The translations under genes were made by a program, and so were the position numbers. The notes beneath the pieces are model-generated. The model saw only the letters and a list, made by a program, of their open reading frames with translations. It did no database searches and was not told the origin of the DNA. This document shows positions 1 to 14,200 of a stretch of 64,000 bases of DNA, piece after piece. The first letter of the stretch is position 1. Every line of letters begins with the position of its first letter. The DNA lies in assembly GCF_964194025.1 (NCBI RefSeq), contig NC_134468.1:4712001-4776000 (forward strand), read 5' to 3'. This DNA comes from Convolutriloba macropyga (Eukaryota).

Positions 1-161
1 TTTAGTTGCTGGCTGCGCCATGTCGTACTCTATTTATTTAGAGTAGCTAATTGCGGTGATGATATTCTTGGATGATATTCTTGGGTATCACACCAGGCCT
101 AGGTGTCAACGCTAAAAAGCGTTAAATTTTGTGAGATTTTGTTGTGGGCTGAAGTATCCAT

Positions 162-535
162 CTTGTAATCTACTTTCAAATTATACTTGCAATTTTTCAA
201 AAAAAAATCCCTTGGATGCAAAGGAAACTGGAAAGTGTTGAAAACAGACAAAAGTAGTGAGATTATCAAAGAATTTTATTTTTAAACCATTTTTCGATAT
301 GATTGAGCAAAATATCGACCCCCCAATCTAGATTTTTGAACTCTTGCTGTAACCTACTTTCACATTATACTTGCAATTTTTTAAAAAAGATCAGTTGGAA
401 GCAAGTGAATATGGAAAGTGTTGAAAGCAGACAAAAGTAGTGAAAGTATCAAAAAATATTATTTTTAAACCATTTTTATATATGATGGAGCAAAAATTCG
501 GCCCCCAACCTAGGTTTTCGAACTCTTGCTGTAAT
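162..535. repeat. ~183-bp tandem repeat, about 2 copies
   Basis: TTATACTTGCAATTTTTT...GGAAAGTGTTGAAA.CAGACAAAAGTAGTGA occurs twice; CTCTTGCTGTAA at ~341 and ~523. Confidence 0.9.
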
Positions 536-3500
536 GGTTTAAAAACAAGTCTTGATTGCAATATCTAGAAAGGTACTTTAGAACTTTAAAAAAAATTGTT
601 TCAAAGCAATCAAATCAGCCGGAAAAACAATAAAATTTTTTGATCATGTTAAATATTTATTCTTATACTTGTCGCGGATGATTCTTATGCAAAATTTATT
701 TTGCTTAAGCAGTTTTGCTTATAAGAAGTTATAATTGTATTATCTGATGGCACATTGCTCTAACTGATTTTTTCTCTACGAGAAGGAAAAAACTCAGATT
801 GGCGTAAAAGCCTTCAAAATCAGTGTTAACAAGGAACAAATTCGAAGACAACTATTGGTCAGGGAATCTCTATCAAATGTTCTATGGATAAAAATAAGAA
901 AAACTAATGGACAAAAGATCAATTCAGATATCACAAAGCATTTTCCATTTACTGTACTTTGATTGAAAGACTAGATTTGGAGATAATAAATAGCTAAAGA
1001 GTTAGATAACGAAAATTTTCAGCTCTGAAAGTCGCAATTAAGCATGTCGAACCAATTCAAATTGTCTGTGACGAGATTTAGTTTGAAACATAGTTTTGTA
1101 CCTATTATTGACAAGTCCTTGGAATTTATTCATTTCTTTCAAAAAGCAGAACATTTGTTCTTCTAGATTGTTCTAAAGGATTCGAAAAAAAACAACTGAC
1201 ATGTTTTCGTCCACTCCTAACAAAATACCACTGGTTGTTGATTGTCATTGCTTGTTTTGGAAATCAGAAGCCGTCAGTCAAAACGTTTTCCATTTAAAGA
1301 TGTTTCTCTAAAGAAAAATAAAGGTATTCCTTTGTTTTATCAAGTTTTATTTTCAGCTTATTCGACATCAAAACTCAATTTGAATTAAAAACCCTACAGA
1401 TTTGATTTTTTCTATTTAAAACTTAAGAATCCAAAATCAAAAAATTGAAACTGATTTGAAGTTATGCAGATAGCTTTGTCACCAAAATTACGCAAAAAAC
1501 TTTTTTTTCCTTTCACAAATACGCGATCATGTGGATTTTATTGCGCATATTTTAAATCTTTGGTTAAAGTTTAAAGTTTTTCTTTGGTTAATTTTAAACT
1601 TTAGAATAATTTGAGTTTGTATATCTCACATGAATTGTATCGTTTTCAATTTCAAATTTGTAGAGTTATTGTCAAGATCACTTCAATTTGAGGGATTTTC
1701 TCCCTTACTTTGTGAACTGTTTATTTGCAAATCACATGCTAGATACAGTTTTTGAAAAAAATTCAAAAAGTAAAAACAAAGAGTAATAATAAAGTTGTTT
1801 GTTGCATGAATTAATTATAGAAATTTTTGTTTCGCTAATGTATTGATTTTTCTATTCTTTTAGTTTCACAGTTAGGATTTTATTTCTCTAATTTCAAAGT
1901 TAACAGTCCAAACAGATTAATTGTTATCATAATTGTTAGATGAAATCTTTTTTGTTTTGACCGCATATATTTGTTAGGTTTGATGTCTATTTGATTTTGC
2001 AAATTTGGCTGCTTTGTTTCTGCTCGCTTATATAGTTGTGTTTTAATACCTTAAACTTAAAAAAAAATATTTGAAGTTTGATATCAATTCTTTTTAAATC
2101 TTGATTCAATGTTTAAGATCATTTATTTAAGTATGCCTCTTTAGCATAGTTAAATTTTTTCCCACCAAAATATTTGAACCCAAATTTTCTCTCATTCTGC
2201 AAACTCCGCTAAAGTTTAAAGTTCTTAAAATCCAAGGCAAATCAGAGTAAAAAATAATTTTAGACAGTTTAGTTGAACCGTTAATTTTTCTGTTACCAAA
2301 CGTGATTTTTCTCTGGCATTTATCTGTACAGCAACAATAATCTAACTTTTGTTTTTTTCCTCGCGAAATTTATTATATATGGCATTCCAAAAAATCTCTT
2401 GCTGACGGCCGAAATGCTGAATTCACATCGTATTAGCTTAAAAAAACTGTAAAAGGCTTTCTGATAGCTAATAAATATTTCTGATAGGCCACTTGGAGAG
2501 ATACAAATGTTTATGAAAACATGACAGGTTTGAAACATCAAGTCGACAAAAAATGCTACAAAACTTAGGACTCATTGACCTCACAGATCTCATTATTGAA
2601 ATGTTTTTGGTTGTTTATGTCGTGTTATAGCTTTGAAAATGAGTTGTATCTCATATATGAAAAAAATAAGAATCAGTTGGACGTTATGCTCCAACTTTTA
2701 AATGTTAAACATTGAAAAAAATGGAAAACAAAAACCCAAACAAGATGCTCATTGTTATCTGCAGTTAGATTTTTGTACATGAACAAACTTCAGATACGCA
2801 AAGTGTTTAACCACTAACAATAAGCTAAAACAAACGTCTTTTTGATTTCAGAAAAACTTTTGTTACATAATTTTGGACAAAGCAGGTGAGAGTTGTGCAA
2901 CTACTTATAGTCGCGTCAGATTAAAAGATAGTCATTCATTTATGTAACACAAAAAACAACATTTTTTTGTCTATAAAACAATTGACAATCGAAGAACGAT
3001 ATTTGAATTGTTGAACTTTGCTTTTCCAGTTTACATTTATATTGATTACTCATTATATTGTTAGTATAAAACTATTATCTGATTTTACGTCTCAAATGCT
3101 TGCAGGCAAAACTTTGAGTATTCTGGACTTTGGGAAGACCGGACTGATTATGCCTAAAGACATTCTCTTAGATTTGATTTTCTTTAAAAAAAATTATTAT
3201 ACTATTTTCAGATGCAAACAAACATTTGCAAGGTGACAATATTCTTCAGAGATCAACGTAATCAACCTGTAAGAAATTTGCATTCTTTTTTCCATAGTAA
3301 GTGGAGCAATTCACTCGTTACCACAGACAAATAATTTTTGGACGAAATTCTTCGAATAGTTAGAAAGATGAGAAGGAATTAAAAAGACAAAGTTTTACTT
3401 GCTCACAACTACTGGCAAACTTCCTAACAAATTTATGTAACTTTTTTAACTTTGCACCAGGAACAATTTTTTATAGGTATAAAAACCTTAATGGAGTTCC

Positions 3501-6500
3501 CCTACGCCAAAAAAATTTCAACTCTTCCCTCTGCAGAAACGAAAAACATCATAACATCAAAAACAAAATTGTGGTACATTTTATTAACAAAAATCTAATC
3601 CAATTTTCCTCTACCAGTATAAAAAAAACTTTCTATCGTGTATCAAATTGCGGTTTGTATGCTTCCCACTTGCTTCCTTCCTGCTTGTGTGCTCAAAGTT
3701 TGATTAAAAAATGATACCAATTTTCTAAAACTATTGGAAGTTTATATTATTAAACTTGACCTCAATTTGGTTGCGACATAACTAACGTCAAATTGGGTAC
3801 GATAGCAATGGAATTGATCTACTGAAAACCTCTAGAGGCAATCTGAGCTAACCTTATCTAATTTATTTTCTTTTACAAATAATTCAAAGTACGAGGTTTA
3901 GGAAACAAAGTCCCAGCCCGTACCTAACGCCAAGTCAATATTAGTACTGGGCAAGTCTAATTCCAAGTTTAGATATCAGTACTGATTCAGAGCTATGATC
4001 ATAACACATTTAAGACTTGTCAGTCTTGGCCAAGACTTGGCAAGTCATAATCCAAGTGCAAAATTTGTCCTTTTTACTGGGCCACCGCGACTGATGGAAG
4101 TTTGTCTCTTGCGCCGTTCAAATACGCTTGAAAGAAGCAAAATGCAAGCTCGAAAACGAGCAAATCATATTACGCGGGAGACTTGCATTTAAAATTGCCC
4201 AGTACTGGTTTACACTTGGAGTTCAGTACGTGAGCAACTCTTAAGAAACGCAAAAGTTGTTAGGATTTCGTTGCTTTTGTTTTAAGCAATTAATGACACG
4301 CCAATGAACTCTTTTTTAGGTTGACTGTGTTTTTTAATCGGAAACACTTAAATTGAGAACCCGTAAGAATTTTTGTTTTGCCTGTTTTGATTGAGTAATA
4401 TAATTATTGAATTTCAAGAAGTTAAGCCTTGCAAATGAGGCTGCATCTATTTTTGCAACATGAGGCACTCAGATTTACACAAAATACATCTAATAAATTT
4501 CAATAGAAATTGATTACAATTAGTCAACAAAAGTATGTCCGGAAAATGAATTTTTTTTCAGTTTCCAGACTGTAATTAATCAAGAGCTTTTTTCTGTAGT
4601 GAAAAATTGATTGTATTAATTAAAGCATGTATTCAATGCAAAAATTGAATTTATCATTTTATGTTTGAAGAGTCCTTAAAATTTAAAAAGGAGTTTGTTA
4701 AAATTCAAAATATGAAGAATTATGAAAAGTTCTAAACTCAGGTTTTCTGCAAGCAAAGAAAAATTTCTCTTCAACAATCGACTCAGTTTTCAAGATCAAT
4801 TAAACGATACTATGTTTGCATCACCCCACATCAGATATCGATTGGTTAAAAATGGCCCAATAAAAATTATATCAAATGTCTATGAAATTCCTAACACCCA
4901 AATGAAATATTAAGGTTGGGACAATTCGCCAATTTGGGCCACTATTTTACGACTAATGTGTGCTTACGACTAATGAATTTTACACAAACTTTTACTGAAG
5001 TCTTCAGCAGTATCAAAAATATTTATGCATGCGAAAAAAAGATTTTCAAAACTAAATTCTTACAAAGCCTTTTACGCACTTTTACCAGATAAATTAACGT
5101 GAAATAATTTTCAGTTGATTCTAGTTTTGAATTTTTTGAACGTTTAGAACCATTTTAGCTGGTAAATTTTGCTGGTTATTTTGAACAAATGAGTAAAATA
5201 TTTGATGTGTTTTTAAACTAGAGTTCGCTTCCCATCAAATACAGCATACGTACATTAATTTTCATGAAGCCCGTATTGCGAAAGCCTCTAAGTGACAGTT
5301 GTACCTTTTTGCACAAGTTTGTTAATCCCCTAGAATTTGAAAGGAAAACAATTTCCACCTGGTTTCACTTCAAAACAGCCAGATTAGAATAATAAGAGAT
5401 ATTTACAACACAACCATACGATAGCCGTTTCATTTTCTCTAGTTTATAACAAATGAACTGATACAGGCAATTTGTCAAGAGTAAACAAGTGATAAAATTT
5501 TCCCACTAATTGAAACTTTACAGCCCGCGTTGAAACAAAACTGGAAACAAATCCTCTCAAACTTGATAGACAGGGTAATTTCTCCTCTGAAGTTTAAGTT
5601 TGCCAAAGTGAATTTAATCTGCATTTAAGGATCCCTCCTTTAGATCACATAGTACAGTAACCAAAGATAGAACCAACTTCGAGAGAATTGTTGCACTAGG
5701 TTCTGTATGAACCATAGACCAGAGACCATTTTTTTCTTTCACTTCAACCAGATTTTGAGAGTGGAACTCTTATAAATTTGTCTCGGTGTTTAAACTCCCG
5801 TTTTTTCTGCTTTTGATCATCTGATTCAGAGAAAGACTAACAAAGGCCCAATTTTGATTGTTTTTTTTTGGTACATTTCTGTCAGGGTGATTTTTAATCG
5901 ATCAAGAATTAGAGTTACCTTGCAAAGATATCGTCCGGCGAAAAACGTGACGACATTTCACAAAATACAAATGAAAAACATGAACATATCACTAAACCAA
6001 GTAATTTCCCAGCGTTTTTTTTGTTTTTAGCGTTTCCGGGGCAATAGTTGGCCCCTGAAATGTGGTACACTCTTAAGAGAATAATTGATTTTTTTCCTCT
6101 GTTATTTTCACTTGGCAGGGCAAAAAGTGACCAGAACATGGCCATAGTAAAAATTTAGAATGGAAACTCTCTGATTCGGTAATAATTAACTCTGGGACTA
6201 TGATCCGGGTTGTTACAATCAGTAACTGTTCCGAATGACTCTCCGGTCACATGACGTCATTAGACTTGCCATCAATAGCTTCAATGAACAAACAATTTCA
6301 CGCATGAAAACTTTTAAGGAAGGCCTGAAAAAATCGTAGGAAACTTTTGTGTCATAAAGGTTCTACTTCCTTCTTCTACCTTCAGTGGTTGGTTCTTGTC
6401 GAATAAATTAAATGCACGGAATGTGATCAAACAAAAATCTTCAAAGCGGAATTTAAGACCCAATTATTCTGATGGGAACTGATGAAGGAAATACCTTTGA

Positions 6501-6819
6501 AGACACCTGTATTTCCTTTTCCCACTTTAACCAATCAAAAATGAGATAAACTACTGCCAACCTACGCACAGTTCTATTTTAAACTCCATATTTGAAACTG
6601 CTTTTTTTGGCATCTATATATTAAAATTGTTGAATAATTGTGGATTACAGATTGAATATAATTGGTTTTCCTTATTTAAGAAGCCAATTTTAATTTGGTA
6701 TAAAAATCAACATTTATATTGGAATGCATTTTTTATGCTTAGGGGCTTTTCTAAAATTCAACATAAATATCAACAATTAATTTGTTTCAAAGAAAAGATA
6801 CAAAGAAAATTTTCATCAA

Positions 6820-7718
6820 GTAATGCATTTTTTCACAATCAGTGCGTATCAAAGAAGAACACTTTAGGGAATTCTGCGTTTTTGGCTCCACTTGAGCCTT
6901 TCAATGTATAAATTAGACGATTATTAATTTTCCGACCTATTTGTGACATTCAAATGTCATCTTTATTCAGTGGTGACTATTTAAATAATAAAAGAAAAAT
7001 GAGAATATCACTGTACGGTCTTATGTAGATGAATTCAATGTATGTTTACATAATTGACATTATTGAATTTGAAAATACTAATTGTCTAAAAATTATCAAC
7101 ATCCTTAGAAATAACTGTGCATTCTCTATATGTACAAGTTTTAAGCAGCCGTCAACTAACTTGAGTTCATTTACAATTGTTGAAATCGCCAGATAAATTT
7201 TTAAATCTCTCTTCCAAAAAGGAGGCTTGGTATGGTGATGATGAGCGTTTGCACATAAAGCACCTGCTCTGATCATCCACACACACTACCGAAACTATTA
7301 AAAAAGTTACTTTGAACGGTTGAATAAAAAAATTGATGAGCTTTTGATGGGTCATGCGTAGGCACAGTGCGATCCAAATTACAGGGTCTGGAAAGTGTTA
7401 TAGTCGCACGATAATCTTGAAAATGGCCGCACGAATGTCTGATCAGGGAGAAAAGTCTGAACATAATCTGGAATATTTTCACTAGACTTTGAGCAAGGTT
7501 GCACAAAAGTCCGATCAGAGACAAAATAATGGACATAACCAGGAAAATGGTTGTGCAAAATCTGAGCAAGTGTCGCTCGAGAGTCTGACCAGAGGCCAAT
7601 GTCTGGACATAAGTAACCCCAAAATCGGATCAAAGAAAATTAAGGGAAAGGTTTTATTTGCAGGTTTTTACTACTGTTTTGGGGGACTCAAAATAATAAT
7701 TGCAGGCACTTCAAGTTT

Positions 7719-7776
<58 letters not shown>

Positions 7777-10700
7777 AATTTTAAATATTTTCTCCTCAAA
7801 AAGTTTTTTTCATATTAATTTAACATTTTTAGACAAATGGTCTGATCAAAAGGGCTACAACAGGATAGTCAGATCACAGATAGCGCTGGTTATTTCAAAA
7901 TTGCCCCCAAAATTTGTGTCGCAAAAAAGTCGCACTAAAGCTTTGCACACACGGAAATCTGATCGGCTTTGGTCTGACATTGTCTGATCAAAGGTGACTG
8001 TGGTCGCACAAAGACTTTTATATTGCAGTGCCCCCCTGACATAATCAACAGCTGTTCTTATATTAAAAATCTCCTCCACGTAAATGCTCACCATAAAAAC
8101 CGGAAAAATTGGATGTTTTCTTGGTCTTACAGACACATCAACCATCTTTGTGTCAAAGAATTCATCTGTTTTTATGCCCGTTAGGGCATTTTGCTGCCAA
8201 CAGGAGCTGCTCCCCTTTTGATGCCCTAGTTGGCCTTGGGCTTAGTGTTACAACTGTTCCTTTGCATTATGTCCAGTGTTTTGTTTCAAATTTTTATAAA
8301 TCCAGTTCAAGACAAATTTTTCAAATGACTGGTCAGCTGAACTGTTGATGTGATATGAAATACAATAGTGCATACAAGCAGAATGACCCCCAACCCACGG
8401 CAAACTAGTGTTCTCGGCAAGATCTTGATAACGTTTTTCTATTGCGCATGAGAGATGATGATATGATGTCAAAATTTTATGGTCTGAATACAACAACCAG
8501 CAGCCAAAATGTTTCTTTTCTACGCTTCAAAAATTACAAAATTCTGAGAAACTTCTAAAAAAAGATCAGATCCTAAAACAACATTTTACATGAATTAAAA
8601 TAATTTTTGATTTTGCCTGAATAAGTCTCTGCTAATGGTCCCTGACTTGACCAAAAACCAAATTGTGGTTCTCTTTCGTTTTCAGCAACGACTCTACGCT
8701 GGTTTTTGCCGACATTGTAGGAAGTCAGAACTTTTCAGGGTTAGAATCATCACTGTCACGCAGCAACTTACATAGTGAAGTTTTCTATCCTAATAGTCTT
8801 GTTGTACTTATTTCTTGTTCGGAATGTTTACTTCTGAGTGTTTGTGGATAATTATATGTTGATCTGCTATAAATTTTTAATAATGAAAGTGTTCTTGCAT
8901 GGTCTGCTGTACTCTCATCATCCACCCATACTATCAAACATTGGCGTTACATTACCGGTAATTTCGGTTATATTGAACTGCATATAATTGTTACGGCTGT
9001 ATAATTTTTTCATCTTTAAGATCAAAAATGGAACTGTTATTTTTCTTGCCGAAAATTCTTGTACACTTGTGAGCTTTTGTACACTCATCCCAAGCTGGAA
9101 TAGCAAGCTGGTAGATTTGATCATGGTTGTTTGTAAATAAAAGCAATTTAAGGAGATTCACACTCCCTGCGAGTAAATTTGATATGAGTACAGATAAAAT
9201 GACCAGGTTTGGTGAAATCTTGAAAAATACCATGTTGGACCCATGAAGACACGTGGCTACGAGTGATAAGAGGACTGACATGGGAAAAAGGGGACTTGTC
9301 CTCTGGGTCATTGCAAAAAAGCAACAGTGTGAAAGAGTCCTGGCTTGTGAGACAAAAACTTGTTACCATTTCTAACAAGCACTGAAATTGTTAGTTATAG
9401 CAAAATCAGTCAAGCAACGAACGATTAACAAATACAAAAAGAAGCGAAATTGACACAGTGAGTTTGACGAAACTTGACGAGATCTTCAATGCCTTGTTCG
9501 CGGAGAGTCTCAAAATGTCAAGAGAATGAACCTCATAGTCGACAAATCTCTTTCGCGGAGAAGCCGCATTGCTCTCTACGCACGTCAATTGATTCCAGTT
9601 GTCTACTTCGGTTTTGAGTTGTGTCGAACGGCTGGTTGTGGTGGCTTTGGTGTTAGCCATCTTACTCTTGGAGGTTCATAATAATAATGACTTCGTCAGA
9701 CTGTTTCTAGATCATAAACATGTCTTGCATGACCATCAAGGCGTCGAACGCATGGGCTCAATGATACTTGAACGCTACAGAGTTCAAAAACCCCATTCCT
9801 CGCTGCCATCAATTAAAATGTTTAGGTTTTAAAGTGGTCCATGCTGCAACTATCGAACAAATCAATACTGTTTCGCCAAAAAATATGATGCTATGATGCT
9901 TTCTAAACTCCACCATTAAAGAAGGAAACTGTCAGCGTCGCATGTCCCTACTATTTTTGTCTACTGGTTTAGTCAACCGTATGATTTGATGTTTGCATTA
10001 TTTTAATGTAAGTATTTTTCTAAAACTCAACCAAATAGTAAATGGGTAATCTGTTCGAGGCGAGAAGATTCATATTAAAATTTTACCAGGTAATGCTTTT
10101 TTTCGCAATATTTGCGCATCAAAGTGAATCAGTTTTTGGGAAATCAGCATTTTTGGCTCCTCTTGAGATTTTCAATACATAAATTTGTCAATAATTTGTT
10201 TCTCGACCTATTTATGACATTCAAATGTCATCTTTCTTCAGTGGCGGCTAGGTAGTTAATGAAAAGAAAAATGAGAACACTCCTACAAAGTTTTACGTAG
10301 TTTACTTGAAAGTGTGGGTACATTACTGCCATTATTGAATCTGAAAATACAAATCGTACTGAAAAGTACCAACAACTCGAGAAGAGACTTTAGTCTTTCT
10401 ATTTGTGTAAGATTTCCGCTGCCGCCATCTAACTTGAGTCATCTAACTTCCAAAAAAGAGGCTCGGTATGGCGATGATGAGCGGTTGCACATAATGCACC
10501 TGATCCTCTCATCCACACAATTTCTAAATCAAGCAGAATTCGTTTTGAACGTTTAAAAAAGAGTTTCTGATTAGGGACAAAATTTTTAACATAATCAGGA
10601 AAATAAATTCAAGATACTTCGAGCAAGGGTTGCAAAAAATCCGATCAGAGAACACAACAAATACTGCACATAATCTTGACAATGTTTGCACAAAAACTGG

Positions 10701-13200
10701 GCCTGAGTCAAACGAAATTCTGACTAGAGCTCAATGTCTGGGCATACCTGGCCCCAAAATCGGGTCAAAGAACAATAACTGAAAGCTTTCATATGACAGC
10801 AGGTTTTTACTACTACTTTTGAGGACTGATTATAGAAATTGCAGGCACTTCAAAACCAATTTTTCATATATATGGAAAGTTTTATTTTTTTTCTCTTAAA
10901 AAGGAATTTTTCATGTTATGTTAACTTTTTTACACAAATGGTCTGATCAAAGGGCTAAAACGGGAGGATCTTCAAATCACAGAGGGTGTTGGTTACGTCA
11001 AAGTTTCCCGCAAAATTTGGGTCACAAAAAAGTTGCACTTAATTTTTGGACGCAGGGAATTCTGATCACCTTTGGTCTGGCATTGTCTGATCAAGGTGGT
11101 TGTGGTCGCGCACAAAGAGTTCTCTTGTATTGCAGTGCCCTGTCATAATTAAAACTCTTTATATATTAAAATGTCCTCCTTGAAACTGCTCATCGTAAAA
11201 ACCAGAAAAAATTGACGTTTTCTTGGTCTTACAGACAGATCAACTATCTTTTTGTCAAAGAATTGATCAGTTTCTATGCCAGTCAAGGCATTTTGCTGGC
11301 AACAGGAGCTGCTCTCATTTTTGCGATCCAGTAGGCTTTGGGTTTAGTGTTACAGCTGTTCCTTTGCATTATGTTCAGTAAAAATACAAATTTTCCAAAA
11401 ATGAGTTTCAGTCAAATTTTTCAAATACCTGGTCAGCTGATATGAAACACAACCCGCAGCAAACTTTTGTTCTTGCTGAAATCTTGATAACAATACTCTA
11501 CTGTGCATGACAGATGATGATATGATGTCATAACTCTATCGGCTAAAGACAACAACCAGCATTCCAAAACTTTTGTTTCTGCCCTTGTAAAATTTCAAAA
11601 TATGGAGAAACATCTTACAAAGTTATCTTACAACAGCACATTACATAAAATAAAGGAATTGTACTCCATTCTACCATTGTCCACCTGGAATAGGGTTATG
11701 TCAAGTTTCAACTGCTCAAAATGACAGGACTTTTTCCGTGGAGAAAAGGAGGTTATCCAGCACTTCTTCTAGTATTCAACCCACAAAAAATAAAGGGTTC
11801 AATAGGTGCTAGCTGGAGCAGAAAATTTTTTTGATCTAGCTCTAATAAATCTCTGCTAAAGGGCACTGACTTGACGAAAATCAAAATTGTTGTTCCTTTC
11901 CGTTTTTAGCAACGTCTTTACGCTATTTTTGCCGACATTGTAGGAAGTCAGAACTCTTCAGTGTTAGAATCAGACTTTCACGCAGAAACTTTGAGAGTGA
12001 AATTTTCTATCCTAATGGTCTTGTGGTATATTTATTTGTTGTTGGGAATGTTTACTTCTGAGTGTTTATATAACTATATTTTGATCTGCTAAAAAACTGA
12101 TGTGATAAAAATGTTCTTGCATGTGCTGCTGAACTCTCAACGTCCGTCCGAATCATCACATTTTTGGCGTTACTTTAAAGGTTATTTCGATTACATTGAA
12201 CTGCATATAATTGTTACGCCCGTGTAATTTCTTCATCTTTAAGATCAAAAAGAGAACTGTTATTTTTCTTGCCCAAAAATCCTGTTCACTTGTGAGTTTG
12301 AAGAAATATCCCGAGCTGGAGTAGCAAGCTGGTTGATTTGATCATGGTTGTTTGTAAAAAAAATAGCTATTTGTTGAGATTCACACTTCCTGTGTGTAAA
12401 TTTGATATGAGTACAGATTAAATGACCAGGTTTGGTGAAATCTTGAAAAATACCATGTTGGACCAATGAAGACACGTGGCTAACGACTGATAACAGGACT
12501 GACATGGGAAAAAGGGGCTTGTCCTCTGGGTTATTGCAAAAAAAAGCAACAGAGTTAAAAAGATTCCTGGCTTGTGAGACCAAACTTGTTACCAATTCTA
12601 ACAAGCACTGAAATCGTTAGTTATAGCAAAATCAGTCAAGCAACGAACGATTAACAAGTAGAAACGTAAGCGAAATTGACACAGTGAGGTTGACGAAGCT
12701 TGACGAGATCTTCAATGCCTTGTTCGCGGGAAGTCTTAAGGTGTCAAGCGAAAGAACCCAAGAGACGACCAATCTCTTACGCGGAGAAGCCGCATTGCTC
12801 TCTACGCACGTCAATTGATTCCAGTGGCCTACTTCGCTTCTTTTGTGGTCTCAAACGGTTGGCTGAAGTCTCGTTTGGTGTCAGCCATCTGACTGTTTTC
12901 AGGAGGGTCATAATAATAATAATTTTGCCAGACTGTTCCCAGATCAGAAACATGTCTTGCATAACCATCAAGGCATCGAATGCATCGGTTCAATGGTACA
13001 TAAACGCTACGCAACGCAGTCCTGATACTTTATTCCTTGCTGCAATCGATTAAATTGTTTAACTTTTTAAAGTGGTCCACGCAGCAACGATCGAAAAAAA
13101 ATCAATCGCTGACTCGCCAATCGACAGATTTGGAGTCTAAGGTAGAAAACTGAGAGCGTCCCTTGTTCCACAAATCTTTGCGTCTACTGGTTTTCTCAAT
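6820..13200. repeat. Diverged tandem duplication, unit ~3.2-3.3 kb (A ~6820-9980, B ~10090-13200)
   Basis: Colinear anchors: GACATTCAAATGTCATCTTT (6945/10216), TTTTCTTGGTCTTACAGACA (8116/11218), CAAAATCAGTCAAGCAACGAACG (9401/12627), GTCTACTGGTTT (9959/13181). Roughly 75-85% identical by eye. Confidence 0.92.
7723..7772. repeat. (AT)n microsatellite
   Basis: About 25 AT units. Confidence 0.98.
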
Positions 13201-13999
13201 CACCAACTTGCAGAAGAAATTTGAACCAAGTAAATTCTAATATTACAGAGTTTCCAGATTGAAAACAATGTCTTTGGCGACTGTTTTGGAGATAACTTTC
13301 GGGCATATAAAACGTTCATTAGCCGTTTTTAAGCCAGTTTCACGAGGTATAACCTTGTGACATACTTTGAAACAAAAACAGGAATTAAATAATAAATAAG
13401 AATAAGTACTTTACACCATAATAAATTCGTGTAGATTTTCCTGAAACCGAAACAGTTTATTATTCGAGTTCGCTCTTATTATTTTTTTGGTCACTTTCCA
13501 ATTATTAAGTAGCCACTGGTTTTGAAGACATTGACATGATTTCTATTCTAAAGTTTTGGTCAAAAATTAAATTTGCCCCTGCATTTTTGGTGCTGATTTT
13601 GTAACTTTGTTCCCTTCTCATACTAGTGAGGTAGGCACGTGGTTTTTGTGGTATGGTTTTTAGATAAACACTTGAGATTGAAACAATTGCTTTCTAAGAT
13701 GGTTTTTCTGTATTCAGAAAAAGTAGGTTTCTTCAGTTTGAATTATTCGATCTTTTGTTTCATTTTTTATCATCTAGTCACGTTTTTTTTATTGACGTTA
13801 GTTCATGCCTGGAAAAGAGGTGAGAATTGACCCCAACGTGTTGTATCTTTTCCAACGATATTTAGATCTGTAAAGGGTCATTTTTTTTCTGTCTGGATGC
13901 ACATTGTGTTTTTTTATTGTGTATTTAAGTACAATAAAATGCTTTTTTGACATTTGAAAGTTTTTTTTTAATCATCCTAATTTTTATTCCGACCCCTCT

Positions 14000-14200
14000 T
14001 GAGGGGGGAGGAACTATATACTCAAATGAGTTTTTTGTTCAGACAATTTTCGACGATCGATATATTCATCGTAGTGAGTTGAGACTGGTATCACTAGAAA
14101 GCTCGTTCAGCGTGAAGAATACGGAAAAGCGAATACGGAAAGAAAAAGATTTTTTTATTTTCGTTTTTAGAGAGAGTTATCGATGTTTAAACTTCTGAGA
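14000..14200. repeat. Dispersed repeat (probable DNA-transposon remnant); inverted copy at ~25650-25845
   Basis: GGAACTATATA...TTTTTTGTTCAGACAATTTT...CATCGTAG...GGTATCACTAGAAAGCT matches the reverse complement of 25735-25842. Confidence 0.8.

Noticed and set aside
1-60. Hairpin followed by GCTAA, resembling an HDV P4-J4/2
   Set aside because: No P3/L3 or P1.1 motif is visible and the sequence is cut by the window edge.
6479-6510. CTGATGA plus a small stem, hammerhead-like (also CTGATGA at 47341 and the reverse complement at 46597)
   Set aside because: No correctly placed GAAA, and stems I and III are absent.
7362-9460. CACAGTG heptamers (RSS/Transib-like)
   Set aside because: No nonamer at 12/23 spacing and no matching inverted end.
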